NCBI GenBank assembly: GCA_037137755.1
Contig: JBAXJR010000004.1
Location: 28,727 to 92,726, forward strand
From: Methanomicrobiales archaeon
GTDB lineage: Archaea > Halobacteriota > Methanomicrobia > Methanomicrobiales > Methanospirillaceae
Reading direction: 5' to 3'
Length of the DNA: 64,000 bases
Under the pieces are notes generated by a model, which saw only the letters and a list, made by a program, of their open reading frames with translations, made no database searches and was not told the DNA's origin. A program made the translations under genes and the position numbers. Positions 20,838 through 30,813 of the stretch are shown piece by piece (position 1 is the first letter of the stretch; every line of letters starts with the position of its first letter).

Positions 20838-21268
20838 CCCGCGTCGTGGCAACCGGGACATTTGACCTGTTACACCCGGGCCACATCTACTATCTTGAGG
20901 AGTCACGGAAGCTCGGGGACGAACTCTTTGTCATCGTGGCCCGGGATGCAAATGTCAGGCACAAGCCCCGGCCTGTAATCCCTGAAGAACAGCGGCGGTG
21001 CATGGTCGCAGCCCTTCGTGCGGTTGACCATGCGGTCCTTGGTGATCCAACCGATATGTTCAGGCCGGTCAGGGAGATCCGTCCCGACGTGATAACCATC
21101 GGGTTCAACCAGCACTTTGATTCGGAAATACTGGTAGGACAACTTATGGAACAATCTCTTGGTGCCCGTGTAGTCAGGATAAACAGGTACCCCGAGGGGG
21201 CAATCTGCAGTTCCCGCCTGATTGTAAAAGAAATTATCAGGCGATCAGGCTGTGACCCTGACAAATAA
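20834..21268 (+). CDS. ribL: Archaeal FAD synthase
   Basis: VATGTFDLLHPGH, VARD, PEEQR, ITIGFNQ and CSSR. Probable CTG start after GGAGGTGA. Confidence 0.88.
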   Translation: MTRVVATGTFDLLHPGHIYYLEESRKLGDELFVIVARDANVRHKPRPVIPEEQRRCMVAALRAVDHAVLGDPTDMFRPVREIRPDVITIGFNQHFDSEILVGQLMEQSLGARVVRINRYPEGAICSSRLIVKEIIRRSGCDPDK

Positions 21269-21382
21269 CCCCTCATCATGGGTTAAGTAATTTTTCAACC
21301 CTCTCTGGTAGTATGGGTATTCATCGCATACCCGGACCCGGAGAGTACCATTCCCCGGGATTCTACAAGAATTCACATTTTT

Positions 21383-23704
21383 CTAAAGTTCGGATTCCCC
21401 GGATACGCCACAAACTAGCGGGCAGGTCGAATCCGGGTCTCCACGGAAGCGTAAGTCCTGTAATGATTCAAGCAGGATTACCGTTGCATGCTTGTCAAGG
21501 GGCTGGTTATCGTTTCCACATTTGGGTGAATAAATACAGGACGGGCATCCCGTTTCACACCTGCAGTCCCGGACCAGGCTGGTAGTCATCGTTATGATCT
21601 CTTCAAATTTGGAAAATGCATTTTCAGCAAGGCCGATACCTCCCGGAAACCCGTCGTATATGACAACCGTTGGTTCACCCGACCCGGGGAATGCAGGGGA
21701 AGAGAAGCCCCCGATATCCCTGCGGTCACACATTACATGGAATGGCATCACGGCAATCAGCGCATGCTCGGCACCATGGAGCCCTCCCCCAAAATCCAGC
21801 ATGCGGCCCTCGATATCTGCAGATACCCCTGGGGGTGCAGTAAACCATAATGCCCGTGTATTGAAGGTGACCGGGGGCAGGGAAAGCGGCTCGACACTGA
21901 TGATCGTATCATAGAGCATGACCCGGTACGAAGTACAATGCTCGGTGACGGTCACCTCTCCAAAGGAAAGCCTGCTGTTCCCAACCATCCGGTTCGTCTC
22001 CTCCCTGATAATCCTGACATCCACCGACCGGAGTGGTTTTGTGTAATAATCGACATCGGTACGTTCAACCCGGATGACATGGCGGTCGAAATCCATCGAG
22101 AGGACCTGGTATTTCTCCCCCTGGTGGTAGAGTATGGCCCCTTCATGGGCCTCCCGGAAGGCCTGTGACTGGTCCAGTGTCTCGAGTATCTCACCATCAC
22201 ACATAACCTTAAACGTGATCGTGGGGATTGCCGAAAGGCTGGCCAGTTCAACCGGTCTCCGGCTCCCCGAGTAGATATAACCTCTCCGTGTTATGCTGAG
22301 AAGGTGCTCCCCTGCAAGTGAGGAAAGGACATTCCCCAGTTCTTTTCCAAAAAATCGGTCATCATTGCCTGTTGTTACCGGCAGTTCGGCGGCGGCACAG
22401 AGTACCTGGCCCGAGAGGATGTAGGGATTGTCCAGGTCTATTATCGCATGTTCGTGGCGGGACTGGAAAAATTGATCCGGGTGGTGCATAAAATACTGGT
22501 CAAGCGGGTCTGCATGTGCGACCAGGATAGCAAGTGAATCCGCAGTGGTCCTCCCAGCCCTGCCAGCCTGTTGCCAGGTGGACATGATCGAGCCGGGAAA
22601 CCCTGTCATGATGACGCCATCGAGGCAGCCGACATCGATGCCGACCTCGAGGGCATTGGTCGAGACAATACCTCGTAAAAATCCTCGTTTCATCCGGTCT
22701 TCAATCTCTCTCCTCTCTTCCGGGAGGTACCCTGCCCGGTACGCGGAGACAAGGGCCGGGTCTGCGTTGTCCTTTCGGATAAGGTCATCACGAACCTGCA
22801 GGGTGATGAGTTCGGTAAGTTTCCGTGAACCCGTAAAACATAACATCCTGAGGTCATGGTTCATGCACATCCGGAGAATTTTAACGCTTTCATGGTAGGT
22901 TGTCCCTGACATATCGCCACCCCGGAATGGGTTATAAATGACAAAGTTTTTTGTCCCGCGCGGGGAGCCGTCAGACGAGATGCAGGTGACAGGTTTTCCG
23001 GTGAGGCGACTCCCAAAATCCTCCGGATTTGCGATTGTTGCCGATGAAAGGATCATCAGGGGGTCAGTCCCGTGGTGTGCACAGATCCTCCGGAGGCGCC
23101 TGATAACAAATGCCATGTTTGAGCCGAATACCCCCCGGTACTGGTGGGCTTCATCGATCACCACCGCGGTAAGATTTTTGAAAAAATCTGACCACTGGTG
23201 ATGCCAGGGGAGGATTGTATGAAGCTCATAAGGATTGGAGAGAATGATACGGGACCCTGACCTGATAAGGGGTCGTCGCCCGGCCGGAGTGTCCCCGTCA
23301 TATACTGCCGGGTGTAAAGAGATCCCCGTGTTCTTCTCGATATCCTGCAAGGTCTTCAGCTGGTCATGGCAAAGGGCCTTGGTGGGGTACAGGTAAAGGG
23401 CCGTGGCTTCAGGTTCGTTGAAAAGACGTTCGATAATGGGGAGAGAGAAGGCAAGTGTCTTCCCGGAGGCGGTGGCGGTGGTAAGGATCAGGTCCTCCCT
23501 GTTACGAATGGACTCGATCGCATCGCACTGGTGGGTATAGAGGGAAAACCCGCGACCCGAAAGGTAAGTTTCCAGCGGCCCGGGCAGGGGTTTTGTTAAT
23601 ACGCTTTGTACCGCATCCCGGGCCGGGATAGTCTCGATATGTGCCGTGTGTTCACTGTATTCCGGGTCGTTTTGTAACGAGGTGACCACATCTCCCATGG
23701 TCAT
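21383..23704 (-). CDS. SF2 DEAH helicase with C-terminal DUF1998 (MrfA/YprA/Hrq1-like)
   Basis: TATASGKT, PTKAL, DEAH, SAT, QQAGRAGR and C-terminal CRCETGCPSC. ATGA overlap with the upstream gene. Confidence 0.92.
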   Translation of the reverse strand: MTMGDVVTSLQNDPEYSEHTAHIETIPARDAVQSVLTKPLPGPLETYLSGRGFSLYTHQCDAIESIRNREDLILTTATASGKTLAFSLPIIERLFNEPEATALYLYPTKALCHDQLKTLQDIEKNTGISLHPAVYDGDTPAGRRPLIRSGSRIILSNPYELHTILPWHHQWSDFFKNLTAVVIDEAHQYRGVFGSNMAFVIRRLRRICAHHGTDPLMILSSATIANPEDFGSRLTGKPVTCISSDGSPRGTKNFVIYNPFRGGDMSGTTYHESVKILRMCMNHDLRMLCFTGSRKLTELITLQVRDDLIRKDNADPALVSAYRAGYLPEERREIEDRMKRGFLRGIVSTNALEVGIDVGCLDGVIMTGFPGSIMSTWQQAGRAGRTTADSLAILVAHADPLDQYFMHHPDQFFQSRHEHAIIDLDNPYILSGQVLCAAAELPVTTGNDDRFFGKELGNVLSSLAGEHLLSITRRGYIYSGSRRPVELASLSAIPTITFKVMCDGEILETLDQSQAFREAHEGAILYHQGEKYQVLSMDFDRHVIRVERTDVDYYTKPLRSVDVRIIREETNRMVGNSRLSFGEVTVTEHCTSYRVMLYDTIISVEPLSLPPVTFNTRALWFTAPPGVSADIEGRMLDFGGGLHGAEHALIAVMPFHVMCDRRDIGGFSSPAFPGSGEPTVVIYDGFPGGIGLAENAFSKFEEIITMTTSLVRDCRCETGCPSCIYSPKCGNDNQPLDKHATVILLESLQDLRFRGDPDSTCPLVCGVSGESEL

Positions 23705-24774
23705 GTCTGGCCCTCCCAAAAATGAAACAGTAATTTTGCGAGACTGGTGACGTCTTCAAGGTTATGCTGCACAATTGGCACAAGAGGGCCCGGGTTTCCC
23801 GATTGAAGGTAGGTCTCGTAGAATTCAGGTACCATACTCCCCGGGAGGTCATGCGATCTTGAGGATCCAAGGAGGTGCTGTTCAATGGTACTGAGCCTGC
23901 AGTCCTGAAGCAGGCGTCCTGCGTTACGCCGGGATGCGTGGAGCAGGTCAACATGGTGGCATGGTCTCTCCATCATACCTCCATAGAATGCAGATCTTGA
24001 GATAAGGTAGGGAATATCAAACGTTTTCCCATTATATGAAATCACGACCGGTTTTTCCCGCAGGTGCTGAAGGGTCAGGTCAAGTGCTGGTAATTCTTCT
24101 TCCATGGTACGGACAAGGAACTGGCGCACTACCACACGCTGTTCCTCGATTGTTGCAATCCCGAAAAGGATGATTGGTCTTGAGAAAAATCCCATGGTTT
24201 CCAGGTCGAGGAAGAGATAGGAATCACGCCCGAATAATCCAGATGCCAGGATTGATAACGGGTGGGATGGAGAATGACGGCGTTCAATGAACGAGACAAT
24301 TTCGTCCGGCTTACCGTTTAGGATCCTGTTGACACATTCCTTTGCCCCGTCACGGAAACGCCGGTGAGGGATCAGGTCTTCTATCGTCCTGTGCCCCTTT
24401 TTTCCCAACCGTCCGGCTGTTAACGGGCCGATACCCCGGACAAGCGTGAGGTCTTCCAGAATCCTCCGTTTTACCTGATCCGGGTCAGGGCGAGGTACCG
24501 GAATAGCAGTAGTGGTAACAATCTCGAAACATTCTCCTTCAGGGGTAGCTCTGGTCCTGCCATTAAATACATCCTCAACGGCCATCCCCTCATGTCTGGT
24601 CATGAAAGTGGCTTTTATATCACGTGCCTTATGGTATTCAGATTCAAGAACAGAAGACCCCGAAAAACCAGCCCTGAATACCGAATCGTTCCTCACTACA
24701 GAGAAATCATGCGACTCACCAATCTTTGATCGCCATTGCCTGCTGACCACATCATAAGACGATTTGGAGATCAT
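23701..24774 (-). CDS. RNase H-like DEDD exonuclease with HhH motif (MrfB/YprB-like)
   Basis: VRGIGP, FLDLETMG, SYNGKTFDIP, HVDLL and HNLED. Confidence 0.88.
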   Translation of the reverse strand: MISKSSYDVVSRQWRSKIGESHDFSVVRNDSVFRAGFSGSSVLESEYHKARDIKATFMTRHEGMAVEDVFNGRTRATPEGECFEIVTTTAIPVPRPDPDQVKRRILEDLTLVRGIGPLTAGRLGKKGHRTIEDLIPHRRFRDGAKECVNRILNGKPDEIVSFIERRHSPSHPLSILASGLFGRDSYLFLDLETMGFFSRPIILFGIATIEEQRVVVRQFLVRTMEEELPALDLTLQHLREKPVVISYNGKTFDIPYLISRSAFYGGMMERPCHHVDLLHASRRNAGRLLQDCRLSTIEQHLLGSSRSHDLPGSMVPEFYETYLQSGNPGPLVPIVQHNLEDVTSLAKLLFHFWEGQT

Positions 24775-25001
24775 GCTGATCCAACATAGACTCCCCTCTT
24801 TTCAAAGGTATGCCGCGGGGGGTGAAAGTGAAAGATCCAGTAAGGATAACAAATTTTCATTTCCTTTTGTTGCGCCAGATGAACACCCCGGGATATAATT
24901 TCGCAGGTATTTGGGGGCATTCAGGTTCAGCGATCACATTTCCCAAAAAAGGAACAGGGAAAAATGCATTAAAGGACGTGCCCTAAGAATATTCTGCCGC
25001 A

Positions 25002-25661
25002 ATGATCGCACTATACCAGCATGGGGCCGGAGAGCCGCCAGGATATATCCTGGGACTGATCAGAGAAAGAAACCTGGAATACAAAATTATTCCCATGTTT
25101 GAAACAGGCGAGGTGCCGGGAGGAATTAATGCCACCCACATGGTATTCCTTGGAGGGCAGATGAGTGTCAACGACAATAAGGAATACCCCTGGCTTCTCC
25201 AGGAGAAACAACTTATTCGTGAAGCAATCAAATCAGGGACTCCTGTTCTCGGCATTTGCCTCGGTGCCCAACTGATCGCCTCGGCTCTAGGGAAAAAAGT
25301 GTTTCGCTGCCAGGAAGAGAGAGGTTGGTGTGGAATAAGGAAAAACCTGCCACCCTGTTTTCCTATGCCCGGGAAGAACCTGACTGTGTTCCAGTGGCAT
25401 GGCGAGAACTTTGAACTCCCGGACGGGAGTCTGTTGGTATACCGGGGCGACCTCGTTCAGAACCAGATGTTTACCTTTGGATCTGCAACGGGTGTCCAGT
25501 TCCATCCGGAAGTTACCGAAGAGATTATTCATGACTGGTTTGCACCCTTCGGGCGAAAAGAGCAGGACGAAATCATGTTGAAGACTTCCCGTTATATGAA
25601 AGACAGTAACCAGGTTTGCAGGTCTTTATTTACCTGTTTCCTTGCGGGGTCAGCCGTATGA
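25002..25661 (+). CDS. Class I glutamine amidotransferase-like protein
   Basis: LGG.MSVND, GICLGAQ, QWHG and QFHPE. Confidence 0.88.
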   Translation: MIALYQHGAGEPPGYILGLIRERNLEYKIIPMFETGEVPGGINATHMVFLGGQMSVNDNKEYPWLLQEKQLIREAIKSGTPVLGICLGAQLIASALGKKVFRCQEERGWCGIRKNLPPCFPMPGKNLTVFQWHGENFELPDGSLLVYRGDLVQNQMFTFGSATGVQFHPEVTEEIIHDWFAPFGRKEQDEIMLKTSRYMKDSNQVCRSLFTCFLAGSAV

Positions 25662-26425
25662 ACGTGAAGGGTGTATTACTTGACCTTGACGGGGTGCTCT
25701 ATACAGGCGACAACCCCATACCCGGGGCACCCGGGGCCGTCCGGTACCTGAAAGAACGTGGATATATCATACGGTTCGTTTCAAACAGCACCAGGAAAAC
25801 CCGGGCCTCAATTGAGTCCCGCCTTCAGGCGTTTGGATTCGATATCGGGAAGGATGAGATCTTTACACCTTCCGTTGCAGCAATTAACTATATTGTTGGC
25901 ACAGGTCTGAAACGGGTCCATCTCCTGACAACAATGGACCTCCATTCAGAATTCGAAGCAGCAGGGCTTTTTCACCGGGAATCTCAGGCAGACTGGGTTA
26001 TTGTAGGTGACGCAGGGGATAATTTCAACTACGATACGATGAACCAGGTATTCCGGCAGGTCCAGGGGGGGGCTGGGATAATCGCCCTTGAGAAAGACCG
26101 GTACTGGATGGGAAATGACGGGCTGATGCTGTCTGCCGGTCCGTTTGTCTGCGGGATTGAATATGCCACAGGAAAACCTGCGACTTTGGTGGGCAAACCT
26201 TCACCGGATTTTTTCGGCATGGCTCTTCGGGACATGGGCCTGAAACCCTGTGATGCAGTAATGATCGGGGATGACGTGGTGACCGATACCGGGGGTGCCA
26301 TGAAAGCAGGGATGCAGGGCATCCTGGTTAGAACCGGAAAATTCAGCCCGGAATCGCTAGCCGGTGCAGACCCGGCTCCTACGAGGGTTGTCGGTTCGAT
26401 TGCAGAAATCCATAAAATCCTGTGA
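25658..26425 (+). CDS. HAD-IIA hydrolase (LHPP/NagD-like)
   Basis: DLDGVL, VSN, GKPS, MIGDD...D and VRTGK. Confidence 0.9.
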   Translation: MNVKGVLLDLDGVLYTGDNPIPGAPGAVRYLKERGYIIRFVSNSTRKTRASIESRLQAFGFDIGKDEIFTPSVAAINYIVGTGLKRVHLLTTMDLHSEFEAAGLFHRESQADWVIVGDAGDNFNYDTMNQVFRQVQGGAGIIALEKDRYWMGNDGLMLSAGPFVCGIEYATGKPATLVGKPSPDFFGMALRDMGLKPCDAVMIGDDVVTDTGGAMKAGMQGILVRTGKFSPESLAGADPAPTRVVGSIAEIHKIL

Positions 26426-26503
26426 TCGTTCCGGACTAACCGGACCAGCCATTTTTTTCTATTCGTGCTACCGGTTGGATCTGGCGGGTGCCTATTCTAA
26501 CCA

Positions 26504-27421
26504 TTACAAATGGATTATCTCCGGGGACTGATCTCCGGATGAAGTGGTGGGGGCCGGGTCTAAGTTTTTAATCCTCCGCAGGGCACATTCGCAGTAATCT
26601 TCCGAAATATCGATGCCAATAAACCGTCTCCCCAGTTTCCAAGCGACGAGCGATGTTGTCCCGGCGCCGTTGAACGGGTCCAGGACAATATCTCCCTGGT
26701 ATGAGAAGAGTTTCATCAGCCGTTTCGGTAATTCCTCCGGGAACATTGCAGGATGACCGTAATCTTTCATCCGGATTTCCGGGGGAAATGACCATTTTCC
26801 GATTACCCATTCTTTGAACTCTGTATCGGTAATATCGATCCGTTCCCTGTCCCCCGCTTTTTTATGGGTCTCCTTGTCAAACACCTCGATAAATTCCCAG
26901 GTGTACTTCAGGTATGGCATTGAAGGTGACTTCCAACTCCCCCATGCCGTGTATTTCGCGTTATAATTATTTTTCTCCCACAATATCTCGGCCTTCCAGA
27001 GGAAACCAAGGGTCATGAGCTGGTTGGAAATTACGTGGTGTGTCGGGATATAGTCTGAGAACAGCGGCTGGACATTGACGGTCATTCGGCCACCGGGTTT
27101 CAGCAGACGGTAGCACTCGGCCCAGATCCCGTTAAGGGTCTTGAAATATTCATTCCATTCCCGGGTATCATCACGTTCGTCCTGGGCATAGGCATGTCCG
27201 AAATTATAGGGTGGTGAGGTGATCACGATATCGATGCACCGGTCAGGCATGGACCGTAATGCATGAAGTGCATCACCACAGATTATCCGGTTCACGTACC
27301 TTGCGATTTCCGGGGGATCCGGGGACACAATCAGGTCTTTTCTGGATCCCGTACCCCTCCTGATCTTTGCTTTACCCGGTTTGTCCTGCACCTTGTCGGT
27401 TCTCCCGTTCAGAGGGACCAT
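26504..27421 (-). CDS. Beta-class amino (m4C/m6A) DNA methyltransferase, no adjacent endonuclease
   Basis: TSPPY (motif IV) precedes HPAMFP and LDPFNGAGTT (motif I). Confidence 0.9.
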   Translation of the reverse strand: MVPLNGRTDKVQDKPGKAKIRRGTGSRKDLIVSPDPPEIARYVNRIICGDALHALRSMPDRCIDIVITSPPYNFGHAYAQDERDDTREWNEYFKTLNGIWAECYRLLKPGGRMTVNVQPLFSDYIPTHHVISNQLMTLGFLWKAEILWEKNNYNAKYTAWGSWKSPSMPYLKYTWEFIEVFDKETHKKAGDRERIDITDTEFKEWVIGKWSFPPEIRMKDYGHPAMFPEELPKRLMKLFSYQGDIVLDPFNGAGTTSLVAWKLGRRFIGIDISEDYCECALRRIKNLDPAPTTSSGDQSPEIIHL

Positions 27422-27631
27422 TTACTGTATATAATCGCTTATTACGGTTATATTCTCTCGTCTAACCCGCAAGGGGTGTAATTACCTGGATACGGGAGAC
27501 CCCTTACTACGTTGTGGCAGCCCCTAAGGAACCGGAATCAGCCGGAATCTGTATCAGGGATAAATCATCTGGATTAGCTCTTTGAAAAGCGTTTAATGGT
27601 TCGGTTGCCATACACTCTACCTGACTTGATT

Positions 27632-28363
27632 ATGCTCGATATTGAAGATCTCCATGTGAGGGTAGGGGACCGGGAAGTCCTCCATGATGTCAACCTCCGG
27701 ATAAAGGAAGGTGAGACCCATGTGCTCATGGGGCCGAACGGCTCAGGGAAGAGTACATTGCTTATGACAATAATGGGTTTTGCAAACTACACGGTCACAA
27801 AGGGGAGAATATCATTCAAAGATCAGGATATTACCCACCTTCCGATTCACGAACGGGCAAAACTCGGCATAGGAATTATGTTCCAGAGGCCGCCTACCAT
27901 ATCCGGCCTGAAACTTGGAAAACTTCTTGTTGCGACATCGGGCAATAAAACAGAAGAGGTCAATGAGTACGCGAAAAAGATGCATATGGACCGGTTCCTC
28001 GAGCGGGATATCAATAAGGGTTTTTCCGGCGGGGAGATCAAGAGGAGCGAGGTACTCCAGCTGATGGTGCAGAAACCGGACTTCGTTATGCTCGATGAAC
28101 CCGAAAGTGGTGTCGACCTGGAAAATATTACCCTGATAGGGGCTGCCATAGGGGGCCTTCTTGAGAAAGAATCCCACCTGATGAAGCGGAAAAAAAGCGG
28201 GCTTGTCATTACACATACCGGGTATATCCTCGATTATCTTGACGCGGATAAGGGCCATGTCATGTGCGACGGGGAGATCCGGTGTCATGGTAACCCGAGA
28301 GAGATCCTAAAAGATATCAAAGCACGTGGTTACAAGGAGTGTCTCGAATGCCGGCAGAACTAG
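27632..28363 (+). CDS. sufC: SufC/SmsC Fe-S assembly ATPase
   Basis: MGPNGSGKST, FSGGEIKRSE, LDEPESGVD and C-terminal CLEC. Confidence 0.9.
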   Translation: MLDIEDLHVRVGDREVLHDVNLRIKEGETHVLMGPNGSGKSTLLMTIMGFANYTVTKGRISFKDQDITHLPIHERAKLGIGIMFQRPPTISGLKLGKLLVATSGNKTEEVNEYAKKMHMDRFLERDINKGFSGGEIKRSEVLQLMVQKPDFVMLDEPESGVDLENITLIGAAIGGLLEKESHLMKRKKSGLVITHTGYILDYLDADKGHVMCDGEIRCHGNPREILKDIKARGYKECLECRQN

Positions 28364-29466
28364 GGAGAGATCTTGGTCTTTCAGCGGAAGACAGGGAACG
28401 CCTGGCCCAGTCAGGAATTGACCTTCACATGGGTAACCGGTGTGGCAGCTATATCCAGATGAACCAGGATGTTGTTCAGGAGAGTTGCGTTGAAGAGGGT
28501 ATTGAAGTCCTCTCCATCGGGAACGCCCTGAAAAAGTACGAATGGATAAAGGATTATGTCTGGAATCTGGTACCGAAGGATAAGGATGAATATACCAGGT
28601 ATGTTGGAGAAGCCACTGATCCGAAAGGTTACGTAATTATCGCCCGCAAAGGTAGCAAAAATATCCTGCCTGTTCAGGCATGTCTCTATCTCGGCCGGGA
28701 AAAAATCCAGCATGTCCATAATATTATCATTGCAGAGGAGGGCTCTGAACTGCATATCGTGTCCGGCTGTGCAAGTGGCCAGCATGTGGGAAAAGGCGGG
28801 GCACACTATGGTATCAGCGAATTTTACGTGGGAAAAAATGCAAAGATCAGTTTTACCATGATCCATACCTGGGGGGAAGATATCGATGTTTATCCCCGGA
28901 GTGCCGCAAAAATAGAGGAAAATGGGGTATTCTTATCGAATTATGTCTGCATGAAACCAGTACACAAAGTCCAGATGTACCCTACCGCTCACCTGGTCGG
29001 GGAGAATTCAGTAGCGAGGTTTAGCAGCGTTGTCATCGCGACGCCGGGCTCACACCTCGACTTAGGCTCCCGTGCAATCCTTGGTGCGAAGGGCGCAAGC
29101 GCTGAACTGGTTACCCGTGCGATCACCAAGGGTGGTACGATCATCTCCCGCGGCCATATCCTCGGGAAAACCGAGGGGACCAAAGGCCATCTTGAATGTA
29201 AAGGGCTGATCCTGAAAGACGGGACAATTTATGCTATCCCTGAAATAGAAGGGACCGTTGTCGGGACAGAACTCTCCCACGAGGCAGCGGTTGGAAAAAT
29301 TGCAAGGGATGAAATCGAATACCTGATGGCCAGGGGACTTGATGAGGAGTCCGCGACTGCAACAATCATCAGGGGTTTCCTCGATGTCAAGATTGCCGGG
29401 CTACCGGACGCACTCCAGAAACAGATAGATGCGGCCATCGATGTCGCGGAAAAGGCCGGTTTCTGA
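28348..29466 (+). CDS. sufB: SufB/D-family (SmsB) Fe-S scaffold
   Basis: VQACL, GHLECKGL, LSHEAAVGKI and YLMARGL. Confidence 0.9.
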   Translation: MPAELGRDLGLSAEDRERLAQSGIDLHMGNRCGSYIQMNQDVVQESCVEEGIEVLSIGNALKKYEWIKDYVWNLVPKDKDEYTRYVGEATDPKGYVIIARKGSKNILPVQACLYLGREKIQHVHNIIIAEEGSELHIVSGCASGQHVGKGGAHYGISEFYVGKNAKISFTMIHTWGEDIDVYPRSAAKIEENGVFLSNYVCMKPVHKVQMYPTAHLVGENSVARFSSVVIATPGSHLDLGSRAILGAKGASAELVTRAITKGGTIISRGHILGKTEGTKGHLECKGLILKDGTIYAIPEIEGTVVGTELSHEAAVGKIARDEIEYLMARGLDEESATATIIRGFLDVKIAGLPDALQKQIDAAIDVAEKAGF

Positions 29467-29501
29467 GCCTGCGGAGAAGAAGGAGGACGAGGAAAAAAAC
29501 G

Positions 29502-30152
29502 ATGTCTGAGAACTTTCGGACAGAAGAACGTCATCGGATGGTCCGGGACCAGGTCGAAGCCCGGGGTGTTGAAGACAGGAGGGTGCTTGATGCGATGCGG
29601 GAAATACCCCGGCACCTTTTCGTCCCCGATGACTTCGGGGTCGCTGCATACCATGACCGTCCTCTCCCGATCGGCAGTGGGCAGACAATATCCCAGCCCT
29701 ATATTGTAGGGCTGATGACTTCCCTGCTCGAATTGAAACAAAATGACAAGGTACTCGAAATCGGGGCCGGGAGCGGGTACCAGGCCGCCATCCTTTCAAA
29801 GCTTGCCCGGATTGTGGTATCCGTAGAACGGCTGCCGGAAATTGCGACGAAAGCAAAGGGTATGATGCAACGTCTTGGAATTTCCAATGTAAACGTGGTG
29901 GTGGGAGATGGTACCCTGGGTTACCCCCCGGATGCCCCTTATAACGGGATTATCATCACTGCTGCGTCACCGGATATACCACCACCGCTGATAGATCAAC
30001 TGGCAGATAAGGGGAGACTGGTCGCACCTGTAGGATCGCGTGACCTGCAACAGCTTGTCAGGATTAGAAAGCAGGGTGACCTGATCAGCCGTGAAACGTT
30101 TGGTGGTGTGGTGTTTGTACCCCTGTTAGGTTGCCATGGCTGGCAGGAATGA
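29502..30152 (+). CDS. pcm: Protein-L-isoaspartate O-methyltransferase
   Basis: GQTISQP, VLEIGAGSGYQAA, GDGTLG and FVPL. Confidence 0.93.
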   Translation: MSENFRTEERHRMVRDQVEARGVEDRRVLDAMREIPRHLFVPDDFGVAAYHDRPLPIGSGQTISQPYIVGLMTSLLELKQNDKVLEIGAGSGYQAAILSKLARIVVSVERLPEIATKAKGMMQRLGISNVNVVVGDGTLGYPPDAPYNGIIITAASPDIPPPLIDQLADKGRLVAPVGSRDLQQLVRIRKQGDLISRETFGGVVFVPLLGCHGWQE

Positions 30153-30156
30153 TAGC

Positions 30157-30789
30157 ATGAAAGCGTTCTACGATATAACCCATGAATTATCTGAAGAGAC
30201 CCCGGTATATCCCGGGGATATTGAACCCCGATTTTTCCCTGAGGATTGCGGGCAATACCTGCTGACCGGGCTTCGGATGAGTACGCACTCCGGAACACAT
30301 ATCGATGCTCCATCTCACTACCTGAAAAACGATGAGAGTATTGACCGGATCCCTGTCGCTGCGCTGATCGGGCCGTGCAGGGTGCTCGACCTATCTGACG
30401 TAGCAGGGGAAATTTCCGGGGACGATCTGAAAGGCAGGATCGATGGAGTCTCACGGATATTATTAAAAACCGGGTGTAATTTTTGCGGGAGGTTTGATCC
30501 TGGATACACCGGCCTCGGTATATCTGCAGCACGAGCAATCTCGGCAAGGGGAATAATTGCTGTCGGCATCGATTCCCCGTCCATCGAAAAATTTCATGGG
30601 ACAGGGGAGGTACACCTCGAGCTCCTGGGAAAGGGAATCGTGGTGATGGAGTTTCTTGACCTTGAACAGGTCCCCGAAGGCGATTACCAGATGGTTGCCC
30701 TGCCCCTTCGTCTCCGTGGACTTGATGGATCCCCTGCGCGAGTGATACTTTACGACTCCGGGTTGCCGGACAACAAAATATTCCACTGA
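30157..30789 (+). CDS. Cyclase-family (kynurenine formamidase-like) metal hydrolase
   Basis: VYPGD, HSGTHIDAPSH, GIDSPS and DGSPAR. Confidence 0.88.
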   Translation: MKAFYDITHELSEETPVYPGDIEPRFFPEDCGQYLLTGLRMSTHSGTHIDAPSHYLKNDESIDRIPVAALIGPCRVLDLSDVAGEISGDDLKGRIDGVSRILLKTGCNFCGRFDPGYTGLGISAARAISARGIIAVGIDSPSIEKFHGTGEVHLELLGKGIVVMEFLDLEQVPEGDYQMVALPLRLRGLDGSPARVILYDSGLPDNKIFH

Positions 30790-30813
30790 AAAATGGTACG
30801 AAGGTGAAACAAA

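Noticed and set aside
21383-27421. DUF1998 helicase plus nearby DNA MTase as a DISARM/Druantia-like defence system
   Set aside because: The helicase is coupled to a YprB-type exonuclease, the MTase is separated by opposite-strand GATase and HAD genes, and there are no SNF2, PLD or other drm components.
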